64,000 nucleotides of DNA, from assembly GCA_029953675.1 (NCBI GenBank), contig JAMWBK010000008.1:62001-126000 (forward strand). Direction: 5' to 3'. Position numbers and translations under genes: made by a program. Below the pieces are notes generated by a model, which saw only the letters and a program-made list of their open reading frames with translations, was not told the DNA's origin and did not search any database. Shown piece by piece: positions 21,551 through 34,200 of the stretch (its first letter is position 1; every line of letters begins with the position of its first letter). Source of the DNA: Rhodosorus marinus CCMP1338 (taxonomy: Eukaryota; Plantae; Rhodophyta).

Positions 21551-22946
21551 TTTTCTCGATGAAGAGCTGAGCGCTCTGCCGCGACCCACCTGTGATGTTG
21601 TGCGCGCCCAGGTAGGCCTCCCATTGCGATTGGGGGGACTGGGCCTCTGCAATCGTGTTGTGGTCCAACCTGCAGCCGCAGTAGGGGCCTGGGGAACCGC
21701 ACTTCCCACTTTGAGCAGCTTGGGTATCTCGAAGTTCCGCAATTTGATGGCGAGCCTCTCGCGGGGTGTCTTGCTTCCCAGCGTACTGGAAAGCGCCCAA
21801 GACTTGTTTCTGGAGCTCCAAACCGCCCTGAATTCCTGTACTAGTCTCCCCGAAACCGTTCAACCCCGTCTTCCTGACTGGCGAGCTGTATTTGACCGCT
21901 CTCGAGGCTCCGCCCCGGGGATTCGTCCTGCGCCTGAACCTGTTCTAGGGGAGATTGACCCAGTGGTTGCCGCAGAAGAAGAAGTTCCAGTTGATCCTCC
22001 TGATGATTCCCAGCGCGCTGGGAGCCGAGCTCAAGCACGCACGGATGCGCTGCAAAATATCCTTTCTTGGGACTTGCACCGTGCTGCATATGGCCGACTC
22101 CTCGCGCAGATGGTCTCATCTTCTCGCGCTCGCGCCCGCCTACGTAGTCTTGGAGGGGTTATTAGCTCTCAGTGGCTCATGACCGTACCAGCCTTTCCGC
22201 CACTCATACTGTCGGATTTCGAAGTGCGTACTTCACTGCGCTTATACCTCGGCTTACATCAGCCCCCTTGGCCGTACGAGATGGGTTCGTCGTGCCCTCT
22301 CTGCTCTCAGACTGAAGACAACGCAGATTTTGGCGCCCACCTGCTCGCTAGTTGCCCGGCGGTGAAAGGTGCTCGAACCCGCCGCCATACACGGATCTTG
22401 AACCTGTATACCGGGAACTTCGGCCTATAGTCCGGCAAGCCGGTCTGGAAATCGAACGTGAGAAACCTTTACCCGTCGCGGACTTTCAAAATGATGAACG
22501 CCGTGTAGCCGACCTGGTGATCACCTGTGACGACAGCCGCCGTACCACATACGTTGATCTTGCTGTTCCTAACCCTCAAGCTAGTCGTTATCTCCCGGCT
22601 GCGGGGGAGCGCCGTGGATCTGCCGCCGCCAGCATGAGACGCCGCAAAGAGATCAAATACGCGGGGGCTTTGTCTTCCCCTGGTGTTTGTGCTTCGGCAC
22701 TAGCACATCGCTTGGTACCCCTGATCATTGAGTGCTTTAGGTTCATGGACTCTGTTGGTTCTCGCTGGCTTCGGAAGTTGTTCCGCGAACGCCCTGACCG
22801 TCTTCAATCGTTGTTTACCCGCTTAAGTTTCCTGCTGTGGCGCATGAATGCCGCTTTAATGTTGGAGGCGCGAGTACTTCGCCGCGCTTAGTCTTTTTTT
22901 CCCCTCGGGATTTTTTTTTTCAGCCTCCGATTAAACAATTCGTTCG
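21551..22946 (+). mobile_element. 5'-truncated family A copy A2
   Basis: Near-identical to A1 714-2110; tail ttcgttcg. Confidence 0.9.
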
Positions 22947-22989
22947 TTTCGCTTTCTGTTGCGGAGCACCTCTTTTACTCCCCAAGTCC

Positions 22990-25140
22990 TAGGCTAAAGC
23001 TGGAGAGGAGGATTGGGGTTTTGTTTCTTTTTCGGTCGCGAGCGTGTTCGTTTACGGGAAGCGCTTCCTCTGGTACGCCTTCCCCTCGATTTTCCGCGGT
23101 GCGTTGTTTGCAATTGCAACTACTTTTGTCTTCCGGGATGGTAGCGATATCTCCGCGCTCGACGGAGCCTCATCCCAAGGAGGCACTGCCAGGTGTGGGA
23201 CTCCGTGTTCGCCTCAGCAGCGGCACCCTTTCTTCCGAAGTTGACTTGGAAGGCGCTTCTGGCACCCAGGCGCATGCACTTATCTCCGTCCGGCGGTGAA
23301 AGGTGCTCGAACCCGCCGCCATACACGGATCTTGAACCTGTTATACCGGGAACTGCGGCCTATAGTCCGGCAAGCCGGTCTGGAAATCGAACGTGAGAAA
23401 CCTTTACCCGTCGCGGACTTTCAAAATGATGAACGCCGTGTAGCCGACCTGGTGATCACCTGTGACGACAACCGCCGTACCACATACGTTGATCTTGCTG
23501 TTCCTAATCCTCAAGCTAGTCGTTGTCTCCCGGCTGCGGGGGAGCGCCGTGGATCTGCCACCGCAAGTATGAGACGTCACAAAGAGATCAAATACGCGGG
23601 GGCTTTGTCTTCCCCTGGTGTTCGTGCTTCGGCACTAGCACATCGCTTGGTACCCCTGATCATTGAGTGCTTTGGGTTCATGGACTCCGTTGGCTCTCGC
23701 TGGCTTCGGGAGTTGTTCCGCGAACGCCCTGACCGTCTTCAATCGTTGTTTACCCGCTTGAGTTTCCTACTGTGGCGCATGAATGCCGCTTTGATGTTGG
23801 AGGCGCGAGTTCTTCGCCGCACTTAGTCTTTTTTTCCCTCGGGGTTTTTTTTCAGCCTCCGATTAAACCATTCGTTCGTATCTCCGCTGTCACCAGCCTG
23901 ATCGCTGCTGCGAGTGATCGTGGAGTGCTCCCTCAGCTCACCCAGAAGCTAGGTGTGCTGGATCGGGATTGCTGGCCAGGTCAAATTCAAATTCGGACGA
24001 GAATTTGAATTGCACCAGAGTGGCAGCGTTGGCAGACGGCAGTCAACATCAGGTCAATCAACATGAACCTGTCCCGGGACAGGCGAGGGCGGCTGCTTCT
24101 GCGCGGGACAGTACGACGTTGGGGAGCAGCAGGCAGGGCCAAAACGCACTTCAGCGCTCTGGGACTCGAGGCAATGGTGGTGGTGACTGTGCGGCAACCG
24201 TTGTGGAGGAGACTGCAGCTGTGGACTTCCCTCTCTTTGGCCAGCCCTCGGGTGGTCACCAGCTCCCGGCTACTGCGGGGGCACGTGGTGGCCGCAAGGG
24301 GGGCCCTTGGTACGCCTCAGTCTTGCGGAAGGGCACCACTGCCACACGTACGACGGCTATGCTCCGTTTCCTACCATCTCGCGAGCCTCAGGATGGACCT
24401 GTGGAGACCACTCTCCAATTTCTGTGGGTGCGAAATGTCCGGCCACAGACTACACGAGGCCAGGTTCCGTCTATGCGAGATTTCCGGGACACTTTTGCGG
24501 AATCGTTAGGGTGCAGCCCCAGACGGGGTGATTTCTTGTTCGCAAACTATGAGGGCATGTCGGTGGAGGACGCCCAGGGTACTTTGCTGAAGCCCGCGGG
24601 ATCCGTTCCGCGAGCCTCGCTTAGTGGGCGGCTCACGACTTTGGTGCGGATAGGAGGTAAGAGAGCGAGGACCGACTCCCCCGGGTCTTAAGGGGGAGAA
24701 GCACGATTAGCGCTCCAGGCACGGCTGCGAGCTCGCAGCCTATGGATCTACAGTGTTATGTCCTGAAGGAGGGCGGAGACCGGGGCATTTGGCGTACGCG
24801 TTTTCGGAGTTGGCTCCGGCGGTGGATTTCTTTGGAAGGAGGCTCGCTTCCCCTCCGTGGGGGCATTCCCCCAGTCGTCCTCCCTCGTGGAGGCCTTCTA
24901 GTGGCTGGAACCATTCTCGATTTCATCTTCACGAGCCTGGCTCGTAACATTCGGGACACAGTCATTTGGGTTTTTCTGGGGGTCATGCCGCGCCTGATTT
25001 GGCCCCCATTCAGACATCGGAACGCAGATGGCGAGTACGAGACCGACTGGCCCGGGGCTAGCCTCTCCGTCATCGGCAAGAACTCTGTCGAGGGGAGAAT
25101 CCTCAATCGCTTCGGCTCGTTCCCATAACTGCTCCCTCTA
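22990..25140 (+). mobile_element. Scrambled family B pieces (5' UTR/ORF1 with deletions, ORF2 start, inverted internal piece at 25050-25140) with nested A3
   Basis: ORFs 23021-23299, 23969-24691 and 24742-25128 match B ORF1/ORF2 segments. Confidence 0.8.
23290..23879 (+). mobile_element. 5'-truncated family A copy A3 inserted in B ORF1
   Basis: ORF 23296-23826 is the RLE end; tail ccattcgttcg; tatctccg is duplicated at both junctions. Confidence 0.88.
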
Positions 25141-26568
25141 GTAACCGTAAGCTTTTATTGGGCAGCTGCCTACTGCAGCGCAACACTACGTCTAATCCTA
25201 TCTAGAGAGAAACTTACTGGAACCCCGCTACCGGGGTCTCATGCTACGTTCAAAAAAAAAAACAGGCACCAGCGGATTCTCCAACTGGTCCATGCGCAAA
25301 GCGCCTAGTGCTATCTCTGCGTTACCTCGCCATAGTTGCCGGTTTATCTGCGATCTCACGTCTCTCAGCTCCTCACTCCTGTGCAGTAAGCGTTTGCAGC
25401 TGTCCCGGAGGAACTCTTGTGCCATTTGCCCCGTACGCCCAAACGTGTCTATCGCTATCGGGATGAACTTGTCATTCGGTTTCTCGATCACCATCGCTTC
25501 CTTGTAGTGAGCGATTTTCCACTTCTCCGCAGCTCTCGCCGCGTATCCGCTATCATCTTGGCTCCGCCGCAAATATTTTCCCTGTAATGGTGACACCACC
25601 GTCACATCCACCGCATACCTTTGTTTGGTCCTAGGATGCCTAGCAACGATATCAGGTCGCAGTCCGTAGTTCTCGAAGTACCCCTCAGGTTCTTGCTCTA
25701 CGTCCATGAAGTTCCATCGCCTTAGCCACCGTGCCAGCTCTCTGCAGATTTCGTCGTGCCTACGTTGCCACAGTCCAGTTGATGTTGGGCAGTGATGAAA
25801 CCGTTGTACCCCAGTCCTTCCGTGTTTACTCCGGCAACTAGTGCACTTCTCGGTGGTCCGCAATCCCGGAATTGGCATACCCAGCAGTTGTCGAACGTTT
25901 ACCTGCATCTCAACCGCACTCAATTTTTTCGGTGTCAGCGTTGGTATTTCACGCAGCCAGACTCCCGACCCGGATCCCGCGGCAGACCGTATTCGAGCTC
26001 GGTTTTCAGAGGAGATTCGTGGGTTGGTGACCAACTTTTGGAATGCACAATGGTGTGCCACTCGAGAGAGGGTTTTGTTTTATTGAACCATTATTCCAAG
26101 CTGCAGTCTCGCCCGGGGGGCTTCGAAGAGATGTTTCTCGCGATTGTTGCAGGGTAGTCAGTGCCAAGATCCGCGGCGGGGTTTCTGGTCCGAGCCTCCG
26201 TTGTATTGCTCGCGACGATGCACAGATCTGGTCCGCCAGCTGTGCAGCCGACCATCGTTGCTCCATCGGCTCGTATGTGTCTGGTGAGCGTTCTGCCGAA
26301 ACCTCCCGCTCTAGTTCAGCCAGGTATGGCCATTCACCTTCATTGTTCCGGAAGGTGTTTCTCCATGACGAGTAAAACGCGATGGGTTGGACGGGCTTTC
26401 GAGTAGCGAAACCCAAGCCTCCCCAGCGGCAGGACAGAGCGATTTGGTCCGATATCAGCTCTGCGTACTCATCGTCCTTTACAGCTGTCGTAGCGAGGCC
26501 TCCGAATAGAATTTCGAGATGATATCTGGTCATCACGTCGGCCTCGCGTGCCAGAGTTCTTCCAAACT
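25141..26568 (-). mobile_element. 5'-truncated family E RLE element E1
   Basis: QIALSCRWGGLG, CTSC..HHC, RRHDE, RPDI, VDVTVVSP, PIAIDTFG; 3' end aagcttacggttac. Confidence 0.9.
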
Positions 26569-27166
26569 CGTAACCGTAAGCTTTACTGGGCAGCTGCCTA
26601 CTGCAGCGCAACACTACGTCTAATCCTATCTAGGGAGAAACTTACTGGAACCCCGCTACCGGGGTCTCATGCTACGTTCAAAAGAAAAAACAGGCACCAG
26701 CGGATTCTCCAACTGGTCCACGCGCAAAGCGCCTAATGCTATCTCTGCGTTACCTCGCCATAGTTGCCGGTTTATCTGCGATCTCACGTCTCTCAGCTCC
26801 TCACTCCTGTGCAGTAAGTGCTTGCAGCTGTCCCGGAGGAACTCCTGTGCCATTTGCCCCGTACGCCCAAAACCCGCCTCTATTGCTATCGGGATGAACT
26901 TATCATCCGGCTTCTCGATCACCATCGCTTCCTTGTAGTGAGCGATTTTCCACTTCTCCGCAGCTCTCGCCGCGTATCCGCTATCATCTTGGCTCCGCCG
27001 CAAATATTTTCCCTGTAATGGTGACACCACCGTCACATCCAGCGCATACCTTTGTTTGGTCCTCGGATGACTAGCAACGATATCAGGTCGCAGTCCGTAG
27101 TTCTCGAAGTACCCCTCAGGTTCTTGCTCTACGTCCATGAAGTTCCATCGCCTTAGCCACCGTGCC
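26569..27166 (-). mobile_element. 5'-truncated family E element E2, head-to-tail with E1
   Basis: ORF 26656-27138; its 3' end aagcttacggttacg is joined directly to the truncated 5' end of E1. Confidence 0.9.
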
Positions 27167-27167
27167 T

Positions 27168-30100
27168 GCTATGCTAGTAAAGTCCAGTAAAGTCCACCAA
27201 AGTCCTTCGCAAACTATGAGGGCCGCGATGTGCTGTTTTTGGTCTCCGCAACCGCCGCCAAGTACCTGGAGGCCTTGCTGGCGAAGCCTACCGAGCAGTG
27301 GCCTGAGAGCGCCCGGTGGCTGCGCTGCAACCCGCAGGTGGTTTTGCACTTCGATTTTGACCGTTTCTCGGGCAATTTCCTGTCTCCGGGAGAAACGGCA
27401 GGGCTCTCTGAGCATGAGAGCAGCGTGAAGGCGGCAGCGATCCATTGGCTACGGATTCAGCGCCTTGAGAGGATCTTGTTGGCGCGGTTCCGGTCGGGCC
27501 CTCGTCACCTGCGCATGGCGGTTTCCAGTTTCTTCGATCTGGAGAGGCGACTTGTGCTGACTTCGCGCTACAAGACAGAGCTGCAGCGGGTGGGGATTTT
27601 GGAGGGCTCTGCTTCCAGCACTACTTCCAGCGAGAGTGGTGAGGCAGGGGAGCAGACTGAGGGCATGGCGGTGGAGGACGCCCAGGTTACTTTGCTGAAG
27701 CCCGCGGGATCCGTTCCGCGAGCCTCGCGGAGTGGGAGGCTCACGACTTTGGTGCGGATAGGAGGTAAGAGAGCGAGGACCGACTCCCCCGGGTCTAAGG
27801 GGGAGAAGCACGATTAGCGCTCAGGCACGGCTGCGAGGTCGCAGCCTATGGATCTACAGTCTTATGTCCTGAAGGAGGGCGGAGACTGGGGTATTTGGCG
27901 TACGCGTTTTCGGAGTTGGCTCCGGCGGTGGATTTCTTTGGAAGGAGGCTCGCTTCCCCTCCGTGGGGGCATTCCCCCAGTCGTCCTTCCTCGTGGAGAC
28001 CTTCTGGTAGCTGGAACCATTCTCGATTTCATCTTCACGAGCCTGGCTCGCAACATTCGGGACACAGTCATTTGGGTTTTTCTGGGGGTCATGCCGCGCC
28101 TGATTCTGGCCCCCATTCACACATCGGAGCGCAGATGGCGAGTACGAGACCGACTGGCCCTGTTCTTGAAGGGAGACTTCGAAGTACTACAGCGCAGCTA
28201 TTTGGCGTCGTCAGCACCATCCGCCCGTCGGACTCGGCATGGCACAGTGTCGCCCGTGCCAGCTCGAGTACAGAAATTGGTAGCAGTGAGTGATTTAAGT
28301 CGAGCGGCGCGGGTTTTGGAGGGCCAGGCGCCTGTCCTCCCCTACGATGATAGTCTCGCCCAGACGGTGTCGTCTTTGTTCCCTGAGTCCGACGTGGATT
28401 TGTCCCCTGAATTCGAGGTATTCTTGGACCGTCCGGAGTTGGCCAGGTTTCGCATCGATCTGACGCTCAGTGAGTCTGACCTGGAGGATTTGCTTCGTAC
28501 CTCGCGTCGGGGACGCTGTCCTGGACCCTCCGGACTAAGAACAGAGCTATTGCAGGCCCTGAGCCAGCCTGGCCAGAGCGCGCTTCTGAGGATCCTTAAC
28601 AAGTTGTTCCAGGGCGTATCGGGTGCGTCCGTGCCATGGGAACATCTCCGGCAGGCACAGCTTTGCTTGCTCACGAAACCTGACCACCAGCCGGCCCACC
28701 CGCGTCTCCGGCCGATCGGGATGGTGGAGAGCCTACGGAAGTTAGCCGGGAGGTGGCTATGCCAGCGCCTTCGCCAGCGCGTCACAGCTTTTATGGCGCC
28801 CTTGCAAGTAGGGGTGGGATTTTCTGGGGGTTGCGAACTGATCACCCATGGGATCGAGCTAGAACGCGCCAGTAGGCCGGAGTGGGGAGTCTTGGTGGTT
28901 GATTTCCGGAACGCATTCAACAGCGTGTCGCGGACGCATGCGCTCGAGGTGCTCCGACGTGTGTTTCCGGAGGCGTGGCCGTTTCTATCGGGTATTTACG
29001 GAGGGGAGAGCCTCCCCTACTTGACAACGGAGGGCACTGTTTTTCAAGCACATACTGGCGTCCAACAAGGCGACCCTTGCGGACCTCTTCTTCATGCCTG
29101 TGCCCTACAGCTCGTACTTTTACGTCTTTCGACTGAGGTCTCGGATCTTCGAATCTGCGCGTACCACGATGACGTAACATTGCTGGGCACCCCTGACACC
29201 CTGGCTAGGGGACTGACCGCGATCGAAGCGATTGCACGTCGCGTCGGTTTGACTGTGGAAACAGAAAAATGTCGCTTTCTCCCCCCCGAGGGACGTGTCG
29301 CTGAACTCTCTGCCACCCACTCTGCGACTAATCAGCGAACGTGAAGGGTTCGAACACCACGGCGTCGGATTGGGGACTGACAACTTTGTCCAAGCATCCT
29401 GCGAGCGAGTTTTGGCACGGCACAAGCAACTCACCGACGCCATTGAGCACCTACCCGACAGCATGCTGCAATCGGCCTGCTTGCTTTCCCGCTTTTGTGC
29501 CGGTCCCAGACTCAACTACTGGTTGCGCAGCCTGCCTCCAGCTTGGGGCTCGTGGATCGCGGCTAAAGCCGACGAAATGACCCTGCAACACTGGGGAACG
29601 CTCTTGGATGAGCCCCTCGATCTTGAAGCTGCTCCCGACAGGGACTTTATTCGTGCACAGATCGCTCTACCGTTGCGATTAGGGGGATTCGGCGTCGCAG
29701 ACCGTGGGCTGGTATGCTCGCCAGCGGCGGTTGCCTCCTGGGCTACCGCGCTGCGAACGTTGGTGACCTTCCGGATGCGAAGTGCCTGCCTCTTGGCTCG
29801 AGCTTTGACCAACGAGGATCCAGTGACCCTGCAGCCCCCGCTTTTGACAATTTATGATGGTCTTCAACACGCGTTCAGGAGGTGCAACGCCGTGCCGGAC
29901 GCAAATCGGTCCCGCTTTCGTTCCTGGAGGGAGCTGTTATGGGGACGAGCTGAAGCGATTGAGGATTCTCCCCTCGACCGAGTTCTTGCCGATGACGGAG
30001 AGGCTAGCCCCGGGTCCCCTGTTGCAGACTACCCGGGTTTGAGCCGATTGTGGAGCTCCCGCACTGATGTGATTCAACATAGCCTCACCTGGGGCCAACA

Positions 30101-31005
30101 CAGTGCCGCTCACACAGTCATGCTCAATTCTCCTCTCACGCCGCCTACCACTGCCGCTCGTCTCCGCGGCATGGGAGGCCACCTCTCGCACTTGTGGTTA
30201 ACCACTCTACCGTCGTCATTGAGTCATCGTCTCGATGCTTTCCAGTTCCGTTCTGCCGCACGGATCTATCTCGGTTTGCCACAGGCTCCGTGGCACTCTA
30301 ATCGGCCGTCTTTCTGTCAGGGATGTGAGAGCCGGATTGACGCTTGTGGCTACCACTTCCTGGGTTCCTGCGGACTGTTGCGAGGTCTCCGTACGAGGCG
30401 TCACACTCGCCTCAAGTACATCCTCAGCGAATCTTTGACTCGGATAGGGCATACGGTTGAGGTTGAGTCGGAACTGCCCAGATCCATCTCGGACTCTGCA
30501 CCGCCCCGTTGTATAGCCGATCTCCTCGTCTCCGACGCTGCTGCCAGACGCTCAACATATGTGGACCTTGCGATTACCTGCCCCGTGGCCAGCGCCCACC
30601 TCACCGCAGCCGCCCGCCGCCGGGGGGCCGCGGCTTCAGCCCTTCGAAGAGTTAAGGAACGACGGTATGCTGAGAGCATGGCCAGTCTGCCTTGCGCTGA
30701 GGGTCGCTCTCACCGGTTCCAGCCATTCATTGTGGAAAGCTTTGGTCACGTGGATAAGTCGGGTTTAGAGTGGTTGCGGAAATGTTTTGCTGAGCATCCT
30801 ACTGAATATTTGGCGCTCTTGAGGCGTTTAAGTGTCTCCCTTTGGCGATATTCCAGCGACATGCTTTCCGAGGCGCGCCATCGGCGCCTGGGGTTGCATG
30901 CTTCCCTCCCTAGTTATTAGTTCATCTTCACGCCTTGCGTAGCGCTTCAGGCTATGCTAGTAAAGTCCAGTAAAGTCCAGTAAAGTCCAGAAAAGCCCAG
31001 TCCAG
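27168..31005 (+). mobile_element. B tail remnant (27168-27205) plus family B copy B4 (partial ORF1, ORF2 with a +1 frameshift at 29281-29287)
   Basis: ORFs 27230-27817, 27848-29344 and 29295-30920; tail (agtaaagtcc)3 followed by agaaaagccc agtcc. Confidence 0.92.
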
Positions 31006-31268
31006 TTCGAGAGTCGACCGTCTGCATAGGACATAGCCAAGGCAAACACGAATAACGCTTGGATACGTCACAATGTGGGGTGTTTATAGTTCATAGGCGG
31101 TGAAAAGCATGGTTGCAACGAATCCATCGAGCGTGGCACCTACTCTGTCGTTCCCTGCTCATGTTTTTTGAATAGCTTTAAGGCCCTTTTTTTGTATTTT
31201 TCGTCCATAAGTACAATGTATAACATTTCTCATGCCGTGTCACTGCAATAGTCTTAGCCCAAAGTCCG

Positions 31269-34200
31269 TCAACACTGGGATCGGTTAACTGCAACGATTT
31301 CAACGTTGTCTGGACAGGTCTCAGAGATCGCGACTGTGACAGCCTCGGATAAGCCCTGAATTCGCTTAGAGGAAATGCTCAATGCGCCGAGAACCTCGTT
31401 TGAGCTGATGACGACGCCATCTGCTTGCTCCCATGCAACTCCCTTCGGTTTTTGAGGCCATTCCCAGGATACCTCAAGGCTCTTGGGCAGGTTCACAGAC
31501 GCTTCTGTCGACGAGAAAGTGATCATACAGGCGCTAGCCGTCTCACCGGAGAGTCTCGTCCAGTATGCAACCTTCTCTACTGAAACCTTGTAAGAACCGC
31601 AACCCACTTCCTGCTCTCGAGCCACGGTTTCCAGAAGTGGTAGCCCGGTCGATGTTTCAGCCGGAGCCATTGTCGGGGACATCGTAGGAGTCCCAGTATA
31701 AGTCGGTGTCGGCGTGGGTGTCTGAGTCGGAGTCGCTGTAGGTGTCGGGGTTGGAGTGGGAGTCGGGGTCTCATCCGAATCGAAAGAGTTGCACATGATT
31801 GGAATTGTGGAGTTGAGGGCGTCGGCAAAGTTCGACCTCACGTAGCTTCCGGTGAAGTAGAGTCGAATGTTAGTAATGGCGTTGATGTCCTGGAGCCTGG
31901 CATCGATCTGATAGTTGCTGAATGGGCTTATGTCGATGAAGTCCTCTGTTGAGAAGACGGCATTTTGCCGGATGTAGTCGGACGCCATCCACTCCTTGAC
32001 GCTTAGCTCGTCACTTGCAGGTGCACCCCCGAAGTACATAAACGTTCGCTTTCGGTTGGCGTGCGTATACTTCTTCACGTAGTACATCGAGTCCTTATCA
32101 TCTTCCGCCTCTGAAACTCGAGTGACCCCGGACATGCTCTTGTGCGTGATGTCGACGACTGGACTCGTCTCATCCGACACGCCGTCGAAAACGACAAACA
32201 TGCTGTTCATCGAGATCATGGGGAAGAAGAGCGGATCTTCTAGTCCCGGGAGATTGTTGAAAGCTGGATCCGATGGGTCAACGCAGAAATTGATGGACCC
32301 CGTCTCCAGAAACTCCGCCCAGTTATCCTCTCCTACTGTCTCCGCCTTGATATTGTAAGGGCCCCAGAAGGTGCCATACTCCATCAGTTGGTTTTTCGTA
32401 TAGGAGATCTCGTACCAACTCTTGAGTGACTTACGCAGTTGAATGATCGCGTCTGATGCACAGCTGAAGTATAGGCTCCCTGATGTGTCCAGAAGGGAAG
32501 TTTCCCACTCGCAGTCTGCGAGGCTGATGGTATCTACTGACGACATCGAGCCCATCATGAGATAGTTCCTCGCGGTGAAGACGGCCTCAAGATCTCGGTG
32601 AAAATCGGCTATCAGAAGGTTGTAGTTGGTCTGGTGAGCGACCTTAACAGCGGGTGCGGCGGGATTTATCATGTTGTTCTTCATCTCGACCGCCAATGCA
32701 GCCACGACGTTCTGGAGGTAGAGCTTTGTTGCCGTGACCTGCTTGAGGTAGCTCATATAGGAGGAGTAAAGCGCGATGAGGTCGTTCTTTTGGTTGACCC
32801 ACATCTCCAGCCCATCGAATGCCCGAAGGAATGTAGTCGCCGAGGTGTAGCACTCTGTTTTCATGTACCCCACGTAGTCTTGAAGCTCTTGTCGGTCAAG
32901 TGCCACCATCGCACTACTGGCAGAGGTCTGAACATCGCTAATTTGAGCAGCTAGCGCCACGGCCTCGTCGTAGTCGTCCGCACTGTAGACGCTCTCCAGC
33001 GGATCCGCGAGGGTCTCTGTTCCCTCCGTAAGAAGTCCAATGTCGGCCATGATCGCGTCGTAGCTCACTTCGTACCCTGACCAGTCGGCGCTTTCTCCAG
33101 GCGAAGGGAAGAAGTCCACCATTTCATTCGTCAGCGAAGGTATCATAGAAAACTTGGCACCGCTCCAGCCATCAATGCCGGAGAACACCGCCTTCGTTGT
33201 ATCTGAGAGCGAATCACTCTTGGTCCAACCGCCGGCCTTCGACAACACTTTGGTCACTGCGAATGCCGCGTCAAAGACGCCAGCAAAGAAGCTCACAAAC
33301 TGCATCACCTTTTCGAACTTGGCACGCTTTTCGACCTTACGCCAGCACTCATCCATCTCACCTTGCTCCAACTCCATGGTGCTCTGGTACTTCCAAATAT
33401 TCTGATCAGCTACCGACATCGACCGGTTCACCTCCATGATCTCCTCCATCAGAGCCTGCTGCTTGGCCAACTGCGTGGCGATACCCGTCTGCGCGTTGCT
33501 CGTCGCATTGGAGAGGAGCTCCATGGAAGCTTCCGAATCCTCGACGCTGCTTCGGTAGGCGTCGTAGTAGTACTCCAAGGATTCTCCGAGCTGGCGCTGT
33601 GTTTCAAGGTAGTCGAGCAGGTACTCAAAGCTCATGACGCTGACCTGGTTGGCATTCGTACCCGAGGAGGTGGTCAACGGATTCGCCGCCTTGATAATAG
33701 AAATCGCCTTTCCAGCTAGCGAGGTGTACTTGGCTTTCTCCGTCTCGTCTGAAGTCCGATTGGCAACTAGCTGAGCATTGTAGAGCATATCGGAAACCGA
33801 CAAGAGAATTACGGTGTACGCGTTTTGGTTTTCTTCAGCATCATCGTTAAAGAACATAATATCCAGCATCCTCTTCGAGAGGCTGAGACCGTAGTCGATG
33901 TACGCCAACGGCTGCGGAAAGTTTTCGAACGCAAAGGATCGCGGATCGTCGTACTCATTGGTGTCCCACTCCTCGACTTCAGCGCCGATTGTCGCTCGGA
34001 ATGACATCGGTAGCGGGTCGTGAGACTCCTCTCCACTTTTTCCGGCGTGGTTGGTCAGTCCAACATCGCCGACAAGCGGATATCCTGACGAAACTGTTTC
34101 GTAGTAGTTCGTGTTCAGAATATAGTTCTTCTGCCATGTTCTCGTGTAGCAATTCACCGTGAGCTGACCCCCTAATCCGGGATTTCCTGGCTCCCCGCCT

